From positions 1 to 60,488 of the forward strand of contig JANLSL010000273.1 in assembly GCA_031362385.1 (NCBI GenBank): a stretch of DNA of 60,488 bases, given 5' to 3'. Under the pieces are notes generated by a model that was not told the origin of the DNA, did not search any database, and was given only the letters and a program-made list of their open reading frames with translations. Source of the DNA: Alphaproteobacteria bacterium. Its GTDB lineage: Bacteria; Pseudomonadota; Alphaproteobacteria; Rhodospirillales; Rhodospirillaceae. A program made the position numbers and the translations under genes. Shown one piece after another: positions 46,202 to 54,404 of this stretch (the stretch's first letter is position 1; each line of letters opens with the position of its first letter).

Positions 46202-46734
46202 GCGCCCAAGTTTCACAGACAAGCGAGGGTGGCCATGGGGATTGCGCAACCCAACAGCGACCCGCCCCCTCGCTTGTAACCCGCGCATGGAATGACAGCG
46301 ACGGCACGATTGAAGACGCCATTGGCATCCTCTTCGATTACGCGGGCCGCGACAAGACGTTCATCTCCGAACATTTGCCAGCGCTTTTGAAGGCATGGTG
46401 CCGCGACGAAATATCCGGTCTTGTTGGCGCTATCCGGCTGAAAGCATGGCGTCCGCCTAACATGAGCGAAACCGGGAACGGTGCACGCCTCCGCGCGGCG
46501 TTCAAGATGACCCTTCTCGATTTCCCGCTACCGGGCGGAAAACGCCTTGGTGATGCCTCGGCTCAGGATGTCCGCGATGGCGCCACGCACTACGCGCTTC
46601 TTGCCGCAGACACTGCCCACAAAGCCCGCTGGCTGTTCAAGGTTGCAGACGCGGTGCCAGATGATGAGATGGTCTCTCAGGTTCTCACCGATACCGATCT
46701 CCGTAAAATGCAGGAGGAAACAAGTGCTTCGTGA
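46198..46734 (+). CDS. Hypothetical protein (178 aa)
   Basis: ATGA overlap at 46198. Confidence 0.55.
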   Translation: MSAQVSQTSEGGHGDCATQQRPAPSLVTRAWNDSDGTIEDAIGILFDYAGRDKTFISEHLPALLKAWCRDEISGLVGAIRLKAWRPPNMSETGNGARLRAAFKMTLLDFPLPGGKRLGDASAQDVRDGATHYALLAADTAHKARWLFKVADAVPDDEMVSQVLTDTDLRKMQEETSAS

Positions 46735-47680
46735 AGCAGAACATTCGAGTTTCGCTGTCGATATGGCGGCGGCCAACGTTGCGACGAGCACCAATTGCCC
46801 CTCGCCTTCCGTAATCTTGCCGCGCGCCACCGCCAGGTTGAAGCCCGCCCCCCGCACGGGCGCGGCAAAACCCATTCCCCCGGCCAGACAATCGGTGATA
46901 CCCATGAGCATCCCGCCGGGGGATACCGAATTGGGGGGGCAATCAACTCCTGTCGACCAAAGTTGTTGCGCCCCCCAATACCTCTCCATTCTGATCGAGC
47001 AGCACCGCTATCGCTGGCAGACGATCCGCGCCCGCCAGCGCCTTGAACTCCAATCGCAGGGTTTTTGTCGCCGCTTCTGCGATGGCGACAAGGTGCAAGC
47101 CTCGAAACTCTGGGGCGCCGTCAAGGCTGATCCGATGCACGAACTGCGCATTTGGATCGAACCATTTCTGTCGGCGATGGAGCCACTGATTGCAGCCCAG
47201 ACGAGCACTGAAAAGAAACTCGCCAAACTGGCGAAGGCTTTGCCGGTCTATGATTGGGCCAAGGGCATTTCCGGCCTCGGCGAAGTTTCACTTTCGGCAA
47301 TTGTCGGAGAGTGCGGCGCTCCGGTCGGCGAGTATAAATCTGTTTCCGCTGTCTGGAAGCGGATGGGTCTCGCGGTCATCAATGGCGAACGTCAACGGCG
47401 AGTGGCGGGAGACGCTGCGATTGAGCATGGCTACAACCCCGGACGCCGTTCGATCATGTGGAATATCGGCTGCTGTCTGATCAAGGCACAGGTCCGCAAA
47501 GACCCGGAAAACGAAGAATTACGCATCGGCATCGGCGAATATGGCGCGCTCTATCTTGAACGCAAAGCCTACGAAGCGACCAAGACCGATCGCCCGATCA
47601 TCGCTCACGCCAGAGCCCAACGCTACATGGAAAAGCGCCTGCTTCGCGAGATGTGGAAAGCGTGGAGGGCCGCAGCATGA
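46724..47680 (+). CDS. Protein with IS110-type Tnp (HhH) domain homology; no recognisable DEDD domain, catalytic Ser position is Asn
   Basis: GTG 46724 lies 5 nt after GGAGGA; ...KGISGLGEVSLSAIVGECG..YKSVSAVWKRMGLAVINGERQRR...NPGRRSIMWNIGCCLIKA resembles the IS110 Transposase_20 region. Confidence 0.5.
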   Translation: MLREAEHSSFAVDMAAANVATSTNCPSPSVILPRATARLKPAPRTGAAKPIPPARQSVIPMSIPPGDTELGGQSTPVDQSCCAPQYLSILIEQHRYRWQTIRARQRLELQSQGFCRRFCDGDKVQASKLWGAVKADPMHELRIWIEPFLSAMEPLIAAQTSTEKKLAKLAKALPVYDWAKGISGLGEVSLSAIVGECGAPVGEYKSVSAVWKRMGLAVINGERQRRVAGDAAIEHGYNPGRRSIMWNIGCCLIKAQVRKDPENEELRIGIGEYGALYLERKAYEATKTDRPIIAHARAQRYMEKRLLREMWKAWRAAA

Positions 47681-47781
47681 CCTGCCTCAACCTGAAAACC
47701 ACCACCATCGCGCTTGTCATTGCCGCTGTGTTTACACTGGCTTTTGTCGGCCTGCTGACCCTGCTTGGAAGTGTGAAATGA
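47677..47781 (+). CDS. 34-aa membrane peptide
   Basis: MTCLNLKTTTIALVIAAVFTLAFVGLLTLLGSVK; ATGA overlaps at both ends. Confidence 0.4.
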   Translation: MTCLNLKTTTIALVIAAVFTLAFVGLLTLLGSVK

Positions 47782-48095
47782 GCGCCGCCCGCAAAGCCGA
47801 TGCCTGTCGTCGCTCAGTTGAGGCTGGCAACGTGATCCACGACACCCGCTTTGATGCGGACCGCGAGCGCCGCGCCAAGATGCAGCGCGACTATGCGGAC
47901 GGCATTGCGGAAATTGGTGACAACCAGATGCTTGCCGACATGCACCAGCGCGATGAAACGCGCGGTGATGGCGTTCAAAAGGCTCGCGGCTGTTGGCTGG
48001 ACGGGCTGGCAACTGCGCTGATCGGCGGGATGCTGTTTGGGATATTTCTCTACGCCTTGCTGGCAGGGCCGGTCGACATGGTGGCGATGCGATGA
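47778..48095 (+). CDS. Hypothetical C-terminally membrane-anchored protein (105 aa)
   Basis: ATGA coupling; TM LATALIGGMLFGIFLYALLAG. Confidence 0.5.
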   Translation: MSAARKADACRRSVEAGNVIHDTRFDADRERRAKMQRDYADGIAEIGDNQMLADMHQRDETRGDGVQKARGCWLDGLATALIGGMLFGIFLYALLAGPVDMVAMR

Positions 48096-48487
48096 CCAGA
48101 GACGCCACCCCATACGCCCAGCGCCGCCAATGGGCCGCACCGGAAGGCTACGGCGTTGATGCCGAACATCCAACGGAAGGCTACTATCGCACGAAGTTGC
48201 GCATGGGCGGCGTTCAGGTCGGTGTCTATATCTGGTTCGGGCCACCGTTCGATCCAGACACCGGCGAGGAAATGGACCGCTCGCACAGGTGGCAAGCGGA
48301 AACGAATGGCCGCTACATCGAATTCGATCGCGTCTGGCCCAAGTGCGCCGGCGATCCGATCGATGTCGACGAATATGAATATCTGTCGAGCCTGCAAACG
48401 TGGGGCGAACAGCACGCTCCGCAAGGTCCGCACGCTCAGCCTCACAAGCCGATCGACCTGCTTTCCGCCCCCATTTTACTCATCTGA
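48092..48487 (+). CDS. Hypothetical protein (131 aa)
   Basis: ATGA coupling. Confidence 0.55.
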   Translation: MTRDATPYAQRRQWAAPEGYGVDAEHPTEGYYRTKLRMGGVQVGVYIWFGPPFDPDTGEEMDRSHRWQAETNGRYIEFDRVWPKCAGDPIDVDEYEYLSSLQTWGEQHAPQGPHAQPHKPIDLLSAPILLI

Positions 48488-48500
48488 AACCGGAGGATTT

Positions 48501-49433
48501 ATGACCACGATTGCCGCACCACGCCCAGCCGACGAATCGAACCCCCGCGCCGTGATGGGTTCGAATAACCCGCCTTTGGAAGAATCGATCCTGATGGATT
48601 TCGATGCCTCCCTGCGCGACCGTGAAGGCTTACTCGCTCGTATCGACGAGATGGAAAAGAAGGCTGCTGATGCCAAGCCGTGCACGAGTGACGAAGCGGC
48701 TGGCCGTATGGGGGATTTTATCAAGATGGCGAGCGCTGCCGCCAAGGTCGTGGAGGAAGAACGCGAAAAGTTGAACCGTCCGCTCCTGACAGCACAGCGC
48801 GCATTGAAGGGCCGTGCTGATTTTCATTCCACCCGCGCAATGGAGGCTGGTCGCAAGGTGCGCCGGTTGCTCGATCCCTATTTGGAAGAAAAAGAGCGTC
48901 AGCGTCGGGCAGAGATCGCGCGCCAGGCTGAGGTTGAACGGCAAGCGCAGTTGGAGCGCCAGCGGATTATCGACGAAGCCAATGCCGAGGCTGCGCGCGT
49001 TGCCGAGGTCGAGCGGAAGCGGTTGCAGGATATTGCCGATGCTGAGGCCGCCAAGGAGCGCGCCCGGTTGCAGGCTATTGAGGATGAGCGCGCTGCAGCG
49101 GAAGCCCGCGAGGCTGAGAAGGTCGAAGTGGTTGCCGAGGTCGTCGAAGTCGCGCCCGAGCCGGTTTTCGTACCTGAGCCCGAACCGGTTTACGTTGCCG
49201 CGGCGCCAGAGAAATCCGTCACCCGTGGAGAATACGGCACTGCTGTTTCGACCGTCGAGAATTGGGACGTGAAAGTCGTGAATATCAGGCAGGTGCCCGA
49301 TAATTTTTTGCGTCATCCGACCGTCATCGAAGCGCTTGAAAAGGTCATTCGCCCACTTGTGCGCGGCAAGAATGGGATGCGTGAGATTCGCGGATGCGAG
49401 ATTACATCCACGCTCGGCTCGCGGGTCCGGTGA
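48501..49433 (+). CDS. Hypothetical protein (310 aa) with a central charged coiled coil
   Basis: GGAGGA upstream of ATG 48501. Confidence 0.6.
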   Translation: MTTIAAPRPADESNPRAVMGSNNPPLEESILMDFDASLRDREGLLARIDEMEKKAADAKPCTSDEAAGRMGDFIKMASAAAKVVEEEREKLNRPLLTAQRALKGRADFHSTRAMEAGRKVRRLLDPYLEEKERQRRAEIARQAEVERQAQLERQRIIDEANAEAARVAEVERKRLQDIADAEAAKERARLQAIEDERAAAEAREAEKVEVVAEVVEVAPEPVFVPEPEPVYVAAAPEKSVTRGEYGTAVSTVENWDVKVVNIRQVPDNFLRHPTVIEALEKVIRPLVRGKNGMREIRGCEITSTLGSRVR

Positions 49434-49678
49434 TGCTCAAACTGCGCCCCTACACGGATCATCGCGAAGCCTCTGGCACTGCCAAGCAGAACACCACGCG
49501 CGACCGCAACTGGCGCATTTTCAAACTGCGCGGACTCTTCGCACAAGTTGGATTGTTGACCGGCGAGCGCAAAACAGTCGCCCGCGCGTTGGTCGATCAG
49601 GAATTGGCCCTTTTGGGGGCAGAAACAGAAACGAAACGCGACGCAGATCGTCGTGCAAAATGGAGTGAAGAGAAATGA
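49433..49678 (+). CDS. Hypothetical protein (81 aa)
   Basis: TGATG coupling. Confidence 0.5.
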   Translation: MLKLRPYTDHREASGTAKQNTTRDRNWRIFKLRGLFAQVGLLTGERKTVARALVDQELALLGAETETKRDADRRAKWSEEK

Positions 49679-49908
49679 CCGAATCCCGCCAATTTGTTGC
49701 CTGCACTTTCCGCCTCGGGGACAGCCGCAGTTACACCTACCATAACGACGGCGAGCCCGTTGCCATCGGCGATGAGGTCAAGGTCACTGACCGGGACGGA
49801 GTGGGCTGGAAGCGCGTTCATGTTGTCGCGATTGGCGATACCCCCCCCCTCATTCCCGACCAAACCCATTCTTGGAAAGGTCGAGCCAGAGCCCGCGCCC
49901 GACGCTGA
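49675..49908 (+). CDS. Hypothetical small protein, probably frame-disrupted at a C9 tract (restored ORF would end at 49936)
   Basis: See finding; the tail RARARARR looks out of frame, and the alternative frame ends in a TGATG overlap with recT. Confidence 0.45.
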   Translation: MTESRQFVACTFRLGDSRSYTYHNDGEPVAIGDEVKVTDRDGVGWKRVHVVAIGDTPPLIPDQTHSWKGRARARARR

Positions 49909-49935
49909 ACTCCCGATTGAAAAGGAAGATTTCTG

Positions 49936-50886
49936 ATGACACAGACCGCCCGCCAGACCGCTGTTGCCAAAGCTGATGACACAATCACTGCCAACGTCGC
50001 CAAGATTGAGACTGCCAAACGCCCAAGCGCGCTGCAAATGATGGCCCATCGCCTTCATATCGATGCGAACGTCCTCGAAAAGACGTTGCGCGCCACGGTT
50101 TTTGCCAAAGCCAGCCCGGAAGAGTTCGTGGCGCTAATGATCGTCGCGGAGTCTTACCGTCTCAATCCGTTGACCAAGGAAATCTATGCGTTCCCGGCGA
50201 AGGGCGGCGGCATTGTGCCAATCGTCTCGATCGATGGCTGGCTGCGCATCATCAACGAGCACCCGATGTTCGACGGCCTCGAACACAACGATATTCCAGA
50301 CCAGAACGGGAAATTGATTGCGGTCGAAGCGGTTATCTACCGGAAAGACCGCGCCCATCCGGTCAAGATCGTCGAATATCTTGAAGAGTGTCAGCAAAAC
50401 ACAGATCCATGGAAAAAGCTGCCAGCACGCATGTTGCGCCACAAGGCAACAATCCAGTGCGCTCGCTACGCTTTCGGGTTCAGTGGTGTCTACGACGAGG
50501 ATGATGGCCGCGCGATCGGCGACGTCCAGATGGGTGGTGATCTGACACCGGAGCCTGCACCGATGCGATCTGCCAACAAGGTCCTCACTGCAAACGGCAA
50601 GCGCACCCAGGAAGACGAAGAAACTGCCCGCGCGCTTGATGCCGGTTTTGATCCGCAGACCAGCGAAGTGCTGACGGCCCGCGAAGACGCGCAACATGGC
50701 GAACAAAACACCGGAGCCGAGATCAACATCTCCGATTGGGGCTACCGTCTCGAACAGGCGCCCATCATCGCTGACGTGCTTACAGTGGAGCGCGAATTCG
50801 AAGCGGCAAAGGCTCAAATGGACGGGGATGACGCGCGCAACGTCCAGAACTGGATTGAGACCGCGAAGGCGAGGTTCGGGAAGTGA
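49936..50886 (+). CDS. recT: RecT-family single-strand annealing protein
   Basis: ...EEFVALMIVAESYRLNPLTKEIYAFP..GGIVPIVSIDGW... typical RecT core. Confidence 0.85.
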   Translation: MTQTARQTAVAKADDTITANVAKIETAKRPSALQMMAHRLHIDANVLEKTLRATVFAKASPEEFVALMIVAESYRLNPLTKEIYAFPAKGGGIVPIVSIDGWLRIINEHPMFDGLEHNDIPDQNGKLIAVEAVIYRKDRAHPVKIVEYLEECQQNTDPWKKLPARMLRHKATIQCARYAFGFSGVYDEDDGRAIGDVQMGGDLTPEPAPMRSANKVLTANGKRTQEDEETARALDAGFDPQTSEVLTAREDAQHGEQNTGAEINISDWGYRLEQAPIIADVLTVEREFEAAKAQMDGDDARNVQNWIETAKARFGK

Positions 50887-51176
50887 TTCAGCAATCCGCC
50901 ACCAAGGCCGAGCGGCGCGCATTTGCCGTCACGAAACTGCGCAACAAGCGGGCGCGCGATGCACGTCTCCATGCCGAGCATAATACCGCGCAAGCACTCA
51001 GCAATATGCGCTCGTGGACCGATGCCAGCATTCGGAAAGCCAAGGGCGGCGATAACGTCAGCTACGGCTCTATCGCTTGCGGAAATCGCCGTGGTGGCGA
51101 ACATCATCACCAGCGCGAAATCGACCGACGTGCCCGACAAGCCGAGGCCAAAGCGGAAGTAAAAGCAAATGCGTAA
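50883..51176 (+). CDS. Hypothetical basic protein (97 aa)
   Basis: GTGA coupling. Confidence 0.45.
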   Translation: MIQQSATKAERRAFAVTKLRNKRARDARLHAEHNTAQALSNMRSWTDASIRKAKGGDNVSYGSIACGNRRGGEHHHQREIDRRARQAEAKAEVKANA

Positions 51177-51420
51177 AGCTGTGCTCCGCGCGGTCGATAC
51201 CGCTGAAACCCCTGAGTTGACCCCCAAGGAAGTTCAGGAAGCATGGCTTGCGAACTACCGAATGGAAGAGGCAGCTCTCGCGATCGCCGCTGAGGCCCGT
51301 CGCAGTCGGCCGCCGCTCAAATTCAAGGTTATGGAGAGCATGATGTTGTGGGGAATGACAGACAAGATGCTCGCCGAGAGGATCATCGTCGAACAAGCGA
51401 AGCAGTCCGATGCTGGATAA
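51169..51420 (+). CDS. Hypothetical protein (83 aa)
   Basis: Overlaps upstream stop. Confidence 0.5.
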   Translation: MRKAVLRAVDTAETPELTPKEVQEAWLANYRMEEAALAIAAEARRSRPPLKFKVMESMMLWGMTDKMLAERIIVEQAKQSDAG

Positions 51421-51718
51421 GATGGGCGTAGCTGATGCCGCACTGCTCGATATCGCAGACCGGATCACGAAGATGATCATCGAGCATGGCGGGCCCACCC
51501 TGCCAGCGTTCAGTGTCACCAGCCGGTTGAGCGAGGATATGGGCATCGACGCCATCGATCGCATGACGCTGGCCTGCACCATCGAAGAGACATTCGACGT
51601 GATGATCTCCGATGATGCGGTTGATGCGGCTGCGACAGTGCAGGATTTGATTGATGCTGTGGCGCTGGCTGTTGGGGAGAAGATGGCGGACGAAGCAGGG
51701 GGCGGGGAGCATGAGTAG
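51410..51718 (+). CDS. Acyl-carrier-protein-like protein lacking the phosphopantetheine serine
   Basis: SEDMGIDAIDRMTLACTIEETFDVMISDDAVDAAATVQDLIDAV versus E. coli AcpP [44 protein letters not shown]; DSL is replaced by DAI. Confidence 0.7.
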   Translation: MLDKMGVADAALLDIADRITKMIIEHGGPTLPAFSVTSRLSEDMGIDAIDRMTLACTIEETFDVMISDDAVDAAATVQDLIDAVALAVGEKMADEAGGGEHE

Positions 51719-51950
51719 TCTTCTACCAATTGATGCGCGCGAGATGGCGCGGAAGCCAACCGAGCTTTCGGACGATGAACTGGCCGCGTGCTGGAAGTGC
51801 CTCGCGGGCCAAATATCCTATCTCAATGCCGATGATTACGGCGGAGACTGGAAACTGGTTCCTCAATGGCGTCCCGCGCTCGATGTGCTCGATCTAGAGC
51901 ATGATCGCAGGGGCATCCCGCGTCCGAGCCGTTCGGGGTTTCTACTATGA
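51711..51950 (+). CDS. Hypothetical protein (79 aa)
   Basis: ATG overlapping the upstream 3' end. Confidence 0.5.
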   Translation: MSSLLPIDAREMARKPTELSDDELAACWKCLAGQISYLNADDYGGDWKLVPQWRPALDVLDLEHDRRGIPRPSRSGFLL

Positions 51951-52099
51951 TCCTCACCCTCACCATCATCGCCTTCCTCTGGCTCGGCACCGGCATCTAT
52001 TTCGTGACGCACTCGCGCTCGCGGGGCTGGAAGGCTGACGTCCTGTTCATCTTCACATGGCCGATCAATGTGTTTCTGGATTGGAGGGATGGGCGGTAA
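51947..52099 (+). CDS. 50-aa two-TM membrane peptide
   Basis: MILTLTIIAFLWLGTGIYFVTHSRSRGWKADVLFIFTWPINVFLDWRDGR; ATGA and TAATG coupling; below the ORF-track cutoff. Confidence 0.45.
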   Translation: MILTLTIIAFLWLGTGIYFVTHSRSRGWKADVLFIFTWPINVFLDWRDGR

Positions 52100-52569
52100 T
52101 GGCCTACGCCTCCAAAACAGAAGTGCCGGTCGTTAAGACCAAGGCCGAGATCGAAGCCATCTGCGAACGCTATGGCGCTGGCCAATTCCTTTCGGGATGG
52201 AAAGAGGATTGCGCCATCATCGGCTTCACGATGGCAGGGCGGCAAATCCGCTTCATCCTGCCAATGCCAGGAAAGAGCGACAAGGCGTTCACTCACTACA
52301 AGCAGCATGGTTATGAATGCGTGCGCAAGGAAACCGCCGCAATCGCCCTTTGGGAGCAAGCCTGCCGGTCGCGCTGGCGGGCACTTTTGCTGGTCATCAA
52401 GGCCAAGTTGGAAGCGGTAGAGATCGGAATCAGCACGGTTGAAAACGAATTTCTCGCCAACATCGTCATGCCAAACGGGCAGACGGTGGGCGACATGGCG
52501 AGGGAGCCAATCGCTATCGCATACCAGAGCGGGCAGATGGGCAATTTGCTGCCGGACTATTCGCAATGA
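52099..52569 (+). CDS. Hypothetical protein (156 aa)
   Basis: TAATG coupling. Confidence 0.6.
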   Translation: MAYASKTEVPVVKTKAEIEAICERYGAGQFLSGWKEDCAIIGFTMAGRQIRFILPMPGKSDKAFTHYKQHGYECVRKETAAIALWEQACRSRWRALLLVIKAKLEAVEIGISTVENEFLANIVMPNGQTVGDMAREPIAIAYQSGQMGNLLPDYSQ

Positions 52570-52796
52570 CCGCCTGCCCAATCTGCCAGTCCCCGTTCAC
52601 CACCCCGAAAGGCGTCAAGCAGAAGCAGTTCTGTTCCACAGCCTGCCGAGCCGCATTCCACAACGGATGCCGCCTTATCGGCCAGCGGCTCTACGAGGAT
52701 GGCGCGATCTCCATTGAACAGATCAGGGCGGAGGTAGGGCTATATGTGCCATCAGGCTCCGTTAACGGCGATTTGGAAGGGGTTGAGGCCCGATGA
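52566..52796 (+). CDS. Small zinc-finger protein (76 aa)
   Basis: CPICQ...CSTAC. Confidence 0.5.
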   Translation: MTACPICQSPFTTPKGVKQKQFCSTACRAAFHNGCRLIGQRLYEDGAISIEQIRAEVGLYVPSGSVNGDLEGVEAR

Positions 52797-53032
52797 CCGA
52801 GGAAGAGTTCCGCAGCGGCACTTTGGCGAATGGCGAGCGGCTTATGCAGCATGTCGATCATCGCGCTTCGATCATCGCATGGCTTTGTGTCGAAGCTGCT
52901 AAGCGCCAAGGCGTTGAAAGGCGGGTTTTGAGGGTTGCGGCAGATGGCGTTCGCGCGGAGTTGGATAGACAGGAAACACCTTCACCGGGCGGCAGGGAGT
53001 CTAATAAATTCCCTGCCGATGGTGCGCGGTGA
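52793..53032 (+). CDS. Hypothetical protein (79 aa)
   Basis: ATGA coupling. Confidence 0.5.
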   Translation: MTEEEFRSGTLANGERLMQHVDHRASIIAWLCVEAAKRQGVERRVLRVAADGVRAELDRQETPSPGGRESNKFPADGAR

Positions 53033-53313
53033 GTGAGCCGCTGCTCTTGACGGAAACGCAGGCGAGCGAGCAATTGAACTTGTGCGAGCGGACGTTGCGC
53101 AAGGCCAGACGCGATGGTTCATTGACCTATCGCTTGTATGGCCGCGCGGTGCGCTACACGATGGAAGACCTTACACGATTCGTTGAGGGGATGCAGCAAT
53201 GTCACTCTACAAGCGCGCCGGAACGCCGTTCTACTGGTTCGACTTCACGGTCGCAGGTGTTCGACATCGAGGCTCTACGGGCTGCGCGAAACTCTCGGAC
53301 GCGAAGGAAGTAG
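53029..53313 (+). CDS. Excisionase-like HTH protein, 3' end overlapping int
   Basis: LLTETQASEQLNLCERTLRKARRDGSLTYRLYGRAVRYTMEDL; GTGA coupling; 115-nt overlap with the integrase start. Confidence 0.55.
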   Translation: MSEPLLLTETQASEQLNLCERTLRKARRDGSLTYRLYGRAVRYTMEDLTRFVEGMQQCHSTSAPERRSTGSTSRSQVFDIEALRAARNSRTRRK

Positions 53314-54224
53314 AACGGGATGAACGCGCAAAGGCCAAGAAACAGCCGCGATACGGTGACAGGTGGAAAGTCCGCAACGTGCTTGGCTCCTACTGGAATG
53401 ACCATGCCGTCAATCTGCGTTCGTCCAAGACAATCGAATATCAGATCCTTGAACTGTCTGCGGGCTTGGGCGCTGACATGCTTGTAGAGCGCATCACACC
53501 CGCCACCCTGCTTGCCTATCGTGCCAGACGGCGCGGGCATGGCTTGGGCGAAAGTTCGATCAACCGGGAACTGCACTTGCTGCGCGCAGCCCTCACACAC
53601 GCCGCCCAGGTGCATTGTCAGAGCGTTCCGAACATCCCTTGGGCAAAGATGACCGTGAGCGAACCAGCGGGCCGCACGCGCTTCCTGACGCGGGAAGAAT
53701 TTGACCGCTTGATTGCGCATTGCCATGCATCGCTAAAGCCGATCATCTGGTGCGCTGTCACAACTGGCCTTCGCAAGCAAAACATCCTGACGATGGACTG
53801 GCAACAGGTGCGCTTGAACGCCAAGTTGATTACAGTGATGGTCAAGGGCAACAAGCCCCATGCTGTCAGGATCGTGCCGCAGTTGATGGTGTGGCTTTCA
53901 CCCGTCAAGGAATCGGAGCGCAGGGGCCGCGTATTCGATCGCGAGAATTTCGAGAAGCGTTGGCGCGCGGCGCTTGCGGAGGCAGGGATTGCAAACTTCC
54001 GCTTTCACGATCTGCGGCATACCTTCGCGTCATGGGCGAGGCAGGCAGGCGCGGGGATAGAGGATATTTGCGAGGCGCTGGCGCACTCCGATATTTCGAT
54101 GTCGATGCGCTATGCCCATATCAAACCGGACAGCGAAAACACGGCATTCGACAAGGTTTCAGAGGCTCTGGCGTCACAATCTGCGGCACAGTTGGTCGAA
54201 AATGAACGGAAAACCGCCGCATGA
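53199..54224 (+). CDS. int: Tyrosine integrase
   Basis: MSLYKRAGTPFYWFDFTVAGVRHRGSTG...; catalytic region HDLRHTFASWA...LAHSDISMSMRYAHI. Confidence 0.9.
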   Translation: MSLYKRAGTPFYWFDFTVAGVRHRGSTGCAKLSDAKEVERDERAKAKKQPRYGDRWKVRNVLGSYWNDHAVNLRSSKTIEYQILELSAGLGADMLVERITPATLLAYRARRRGHGLGESSINRELHLLRAALTHAAQVHCQSVPNIPWAKMTVSEPAGRTRFLTREEFDRLIAHCHASLKPIIWCAVTTGLRKQNILTMDWQQVRLNAKLITVMVKGNKPHAVRIVPQLMVWLSPVKESERRGRVFDRENFEKRWRAALAEAGIANFRFHDLRHTFASWARQAGAGIEDICEALAHSDISMSMRYAHIKPDSENTAFDKVSEALASQSAAQLVENERKTAA

Positions 54225-54237
54225 AGCCCATTTTGAG

Positions 54238-54281
54238 CCTGTTCCCAAAACAGATGCGCTACCAGGCTGCGCCACTCCCCG
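54238..54281 (-). other. Candidate attP core: 5' half of a tRNA-Pro(UGG) gene
   Basis: Minus strand CGGGGAG-TG-GCGC-AGCCTGGTA-GCGC-A-TCTGT-TTTGGGA-ACAGG (acceptor 5' strand, D arm, anticodon arm with UGG); no T arm or 3' acceptor follows. Confidence 0.6.
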
Positions 54282-54334
54282 ACGCGGGTTTCCTTAGGTT
54301 TGCGAACTGCGCAGGTCAAGCCGAACGGAACTTA

Positions 54335-54387
54335 GCGGCAACAAGCGGCACAGTCCGACACACTGGACGCCACATTTCGCGGCACAG
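54335..54387 (+). repeat. GCGGCA(A/C)CA direct repeats (possible integrase arm-type sites)
   Basis: GCGGCAACA 54335-54343, GCGGCACAG 54345-54353 and GCGGCACAG 54379-54387. Confidence 0.35.
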
Positions 54388-54404
54388 CGCCATTGGAGGG
54401 TGCA

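Noticed and set aside
46528-46989. 153-aa minus-strand ORF with fairly protein-like sequence, considered as an antisense moron or antitoxin
   Set aside because: There is no ribosome-binding site at any of its Met codons. Half of it overlaps the well-supported gene 46198..46734. The sense frame has a GGAGGA-GTG start at 46724. It cannot be fully excluded, and this is noted under the IS110-like finding.
50134-50922. 262-aa minus-strand ORF
   Set aside because: It is antisense to recT, and no motifs are seen.
54238-54281. A complete tRNA-Pro gene
   Set aside because: Only positions ~1-43 are present. Downstream sequence has no T arm (no GTTCGAATC-like loop) and no complementary 3' acceptor strand.
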